Shown: positions 63,243 through 64,000 of the stretch, one piece after another
How positions within the stretch are numbered: position 1 is the stretch's first letter
Layout of the letters: the number at the start of each line of letters is the position of its first letter
Assembly: GCF_004010195.1 (NCBI RefSeq)
Contig: NC_057719.1
Location: 49,399,155-49,463,154, forward strand
Direction of reading: 5' to 3'
From: Chiloscyllium plagiosum
Taxonomy: Eukaryota
DNA: 64,000 bases
Program-made: the position numbers and the translations under genes
Notes under the pieces: model-generated
The model's database searches: none
What the model saw: only the letters and a program-made list of their open reading frames with translations
Told to the model about the DNA's origin: nothing

Positions 63243-64000
63243 GTATTTTTCTGCAATGATTCAGATTGTCCAGCAGGGGTCAGAAAATGTCAATACAGGT
63301 AACATATTATTTTCATTGACCTGCCTCTTTTTTTTTGCCACAAAAGGTCCCAGCAAGCAAAGTTATTCTGTGATAGTGTATTCCAGCATGGATTTATCCG
63401 ATTCCTCTGTCATCAATGATGTTTACAACATTTTTGAGGTTTCTGCAGCTTTTCACTAAAAGTTGCCTCATGAATGGTGTTACGTAATTCACTGGGAATT
63501 CTGGATGACCAGGAAGAAGCAAAACATATGGGAGACATTCACACCCAAAGAAATGTAGTTTTTAATTATACTGAAACATTTAAATTTCCTTTAAATCACT
63601 AATAGTTAATGCATTGAATTGGATTTGCAGTGAGTTGGCAATGGGTATGACAGGCTGAATGGCTTCCTTCTGTGCTGTAACCATTCTATGATGTTATAAA
63701 CAGCATCAACATATTAAAAATATTGTCAAATGATGAGCACAAATAAAACCTGTCACAAGTTAATTTCAAAGGTTATCCTGCCCATCAATCTGCAATTTAC
63801 AGGAGACTATAATGCACATAAAAATTAGACAGGAATAGTTCCTTGGTGGTGACTCATCTTTCCAAGATTCTCAAACCACAGAGTGGAGGCCACTGCTGGC
63901 TCAGCAGGAGGCCCTGGGCCAACAGCAACAATGAAGGCCTGGAAAGAGACGTGAACAGGATGGTGACTGAGCCAGTCATCAGGGCCTTGTGGAGAGCAGT

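Overview
Repeat-rich vertebrate genomic DNA, very likely from a shark. This is inferred from HE1-like V-SINEs with CR1-type tails, abundant CR1 LINEs, Penelope remnants and DeuSINE-like relics. The only host gene I can support is the 3' part of AP5M1 (AP-5 mu subunit): five + strand coding exons at 24710-35180 that splice GT-AG, in frame, to a stop codon. Positions 1-10667 hold a decayed Ty3/Gypsy LTR retrotransposon. Its 5' LTR has been expanded at the TATA-like motif (ATAAA[C/A]AGGAG) into a >3 kb head-to-tail array of A-tailed non-LTR 3' ends. One family is Tx1-clade by its ORF2 C-terminus; a second family is unidentified. The 3' LTR carries a Tx1 3' end at the equivalent position, which suggests a sequence-specific LINE that parasitises the LTR promoter. 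The rest is CR1, SINE and Penelope debris, several Penelope palindromes with minimal hammerhead-ribozyme motifs, a 500-N gap, and a TE-poor AT-rich block downstream of AP5M1 that may contain conserved non-coding elements. Family names come from recalled motifs, not database searches, and repeat boundaries are approximate.
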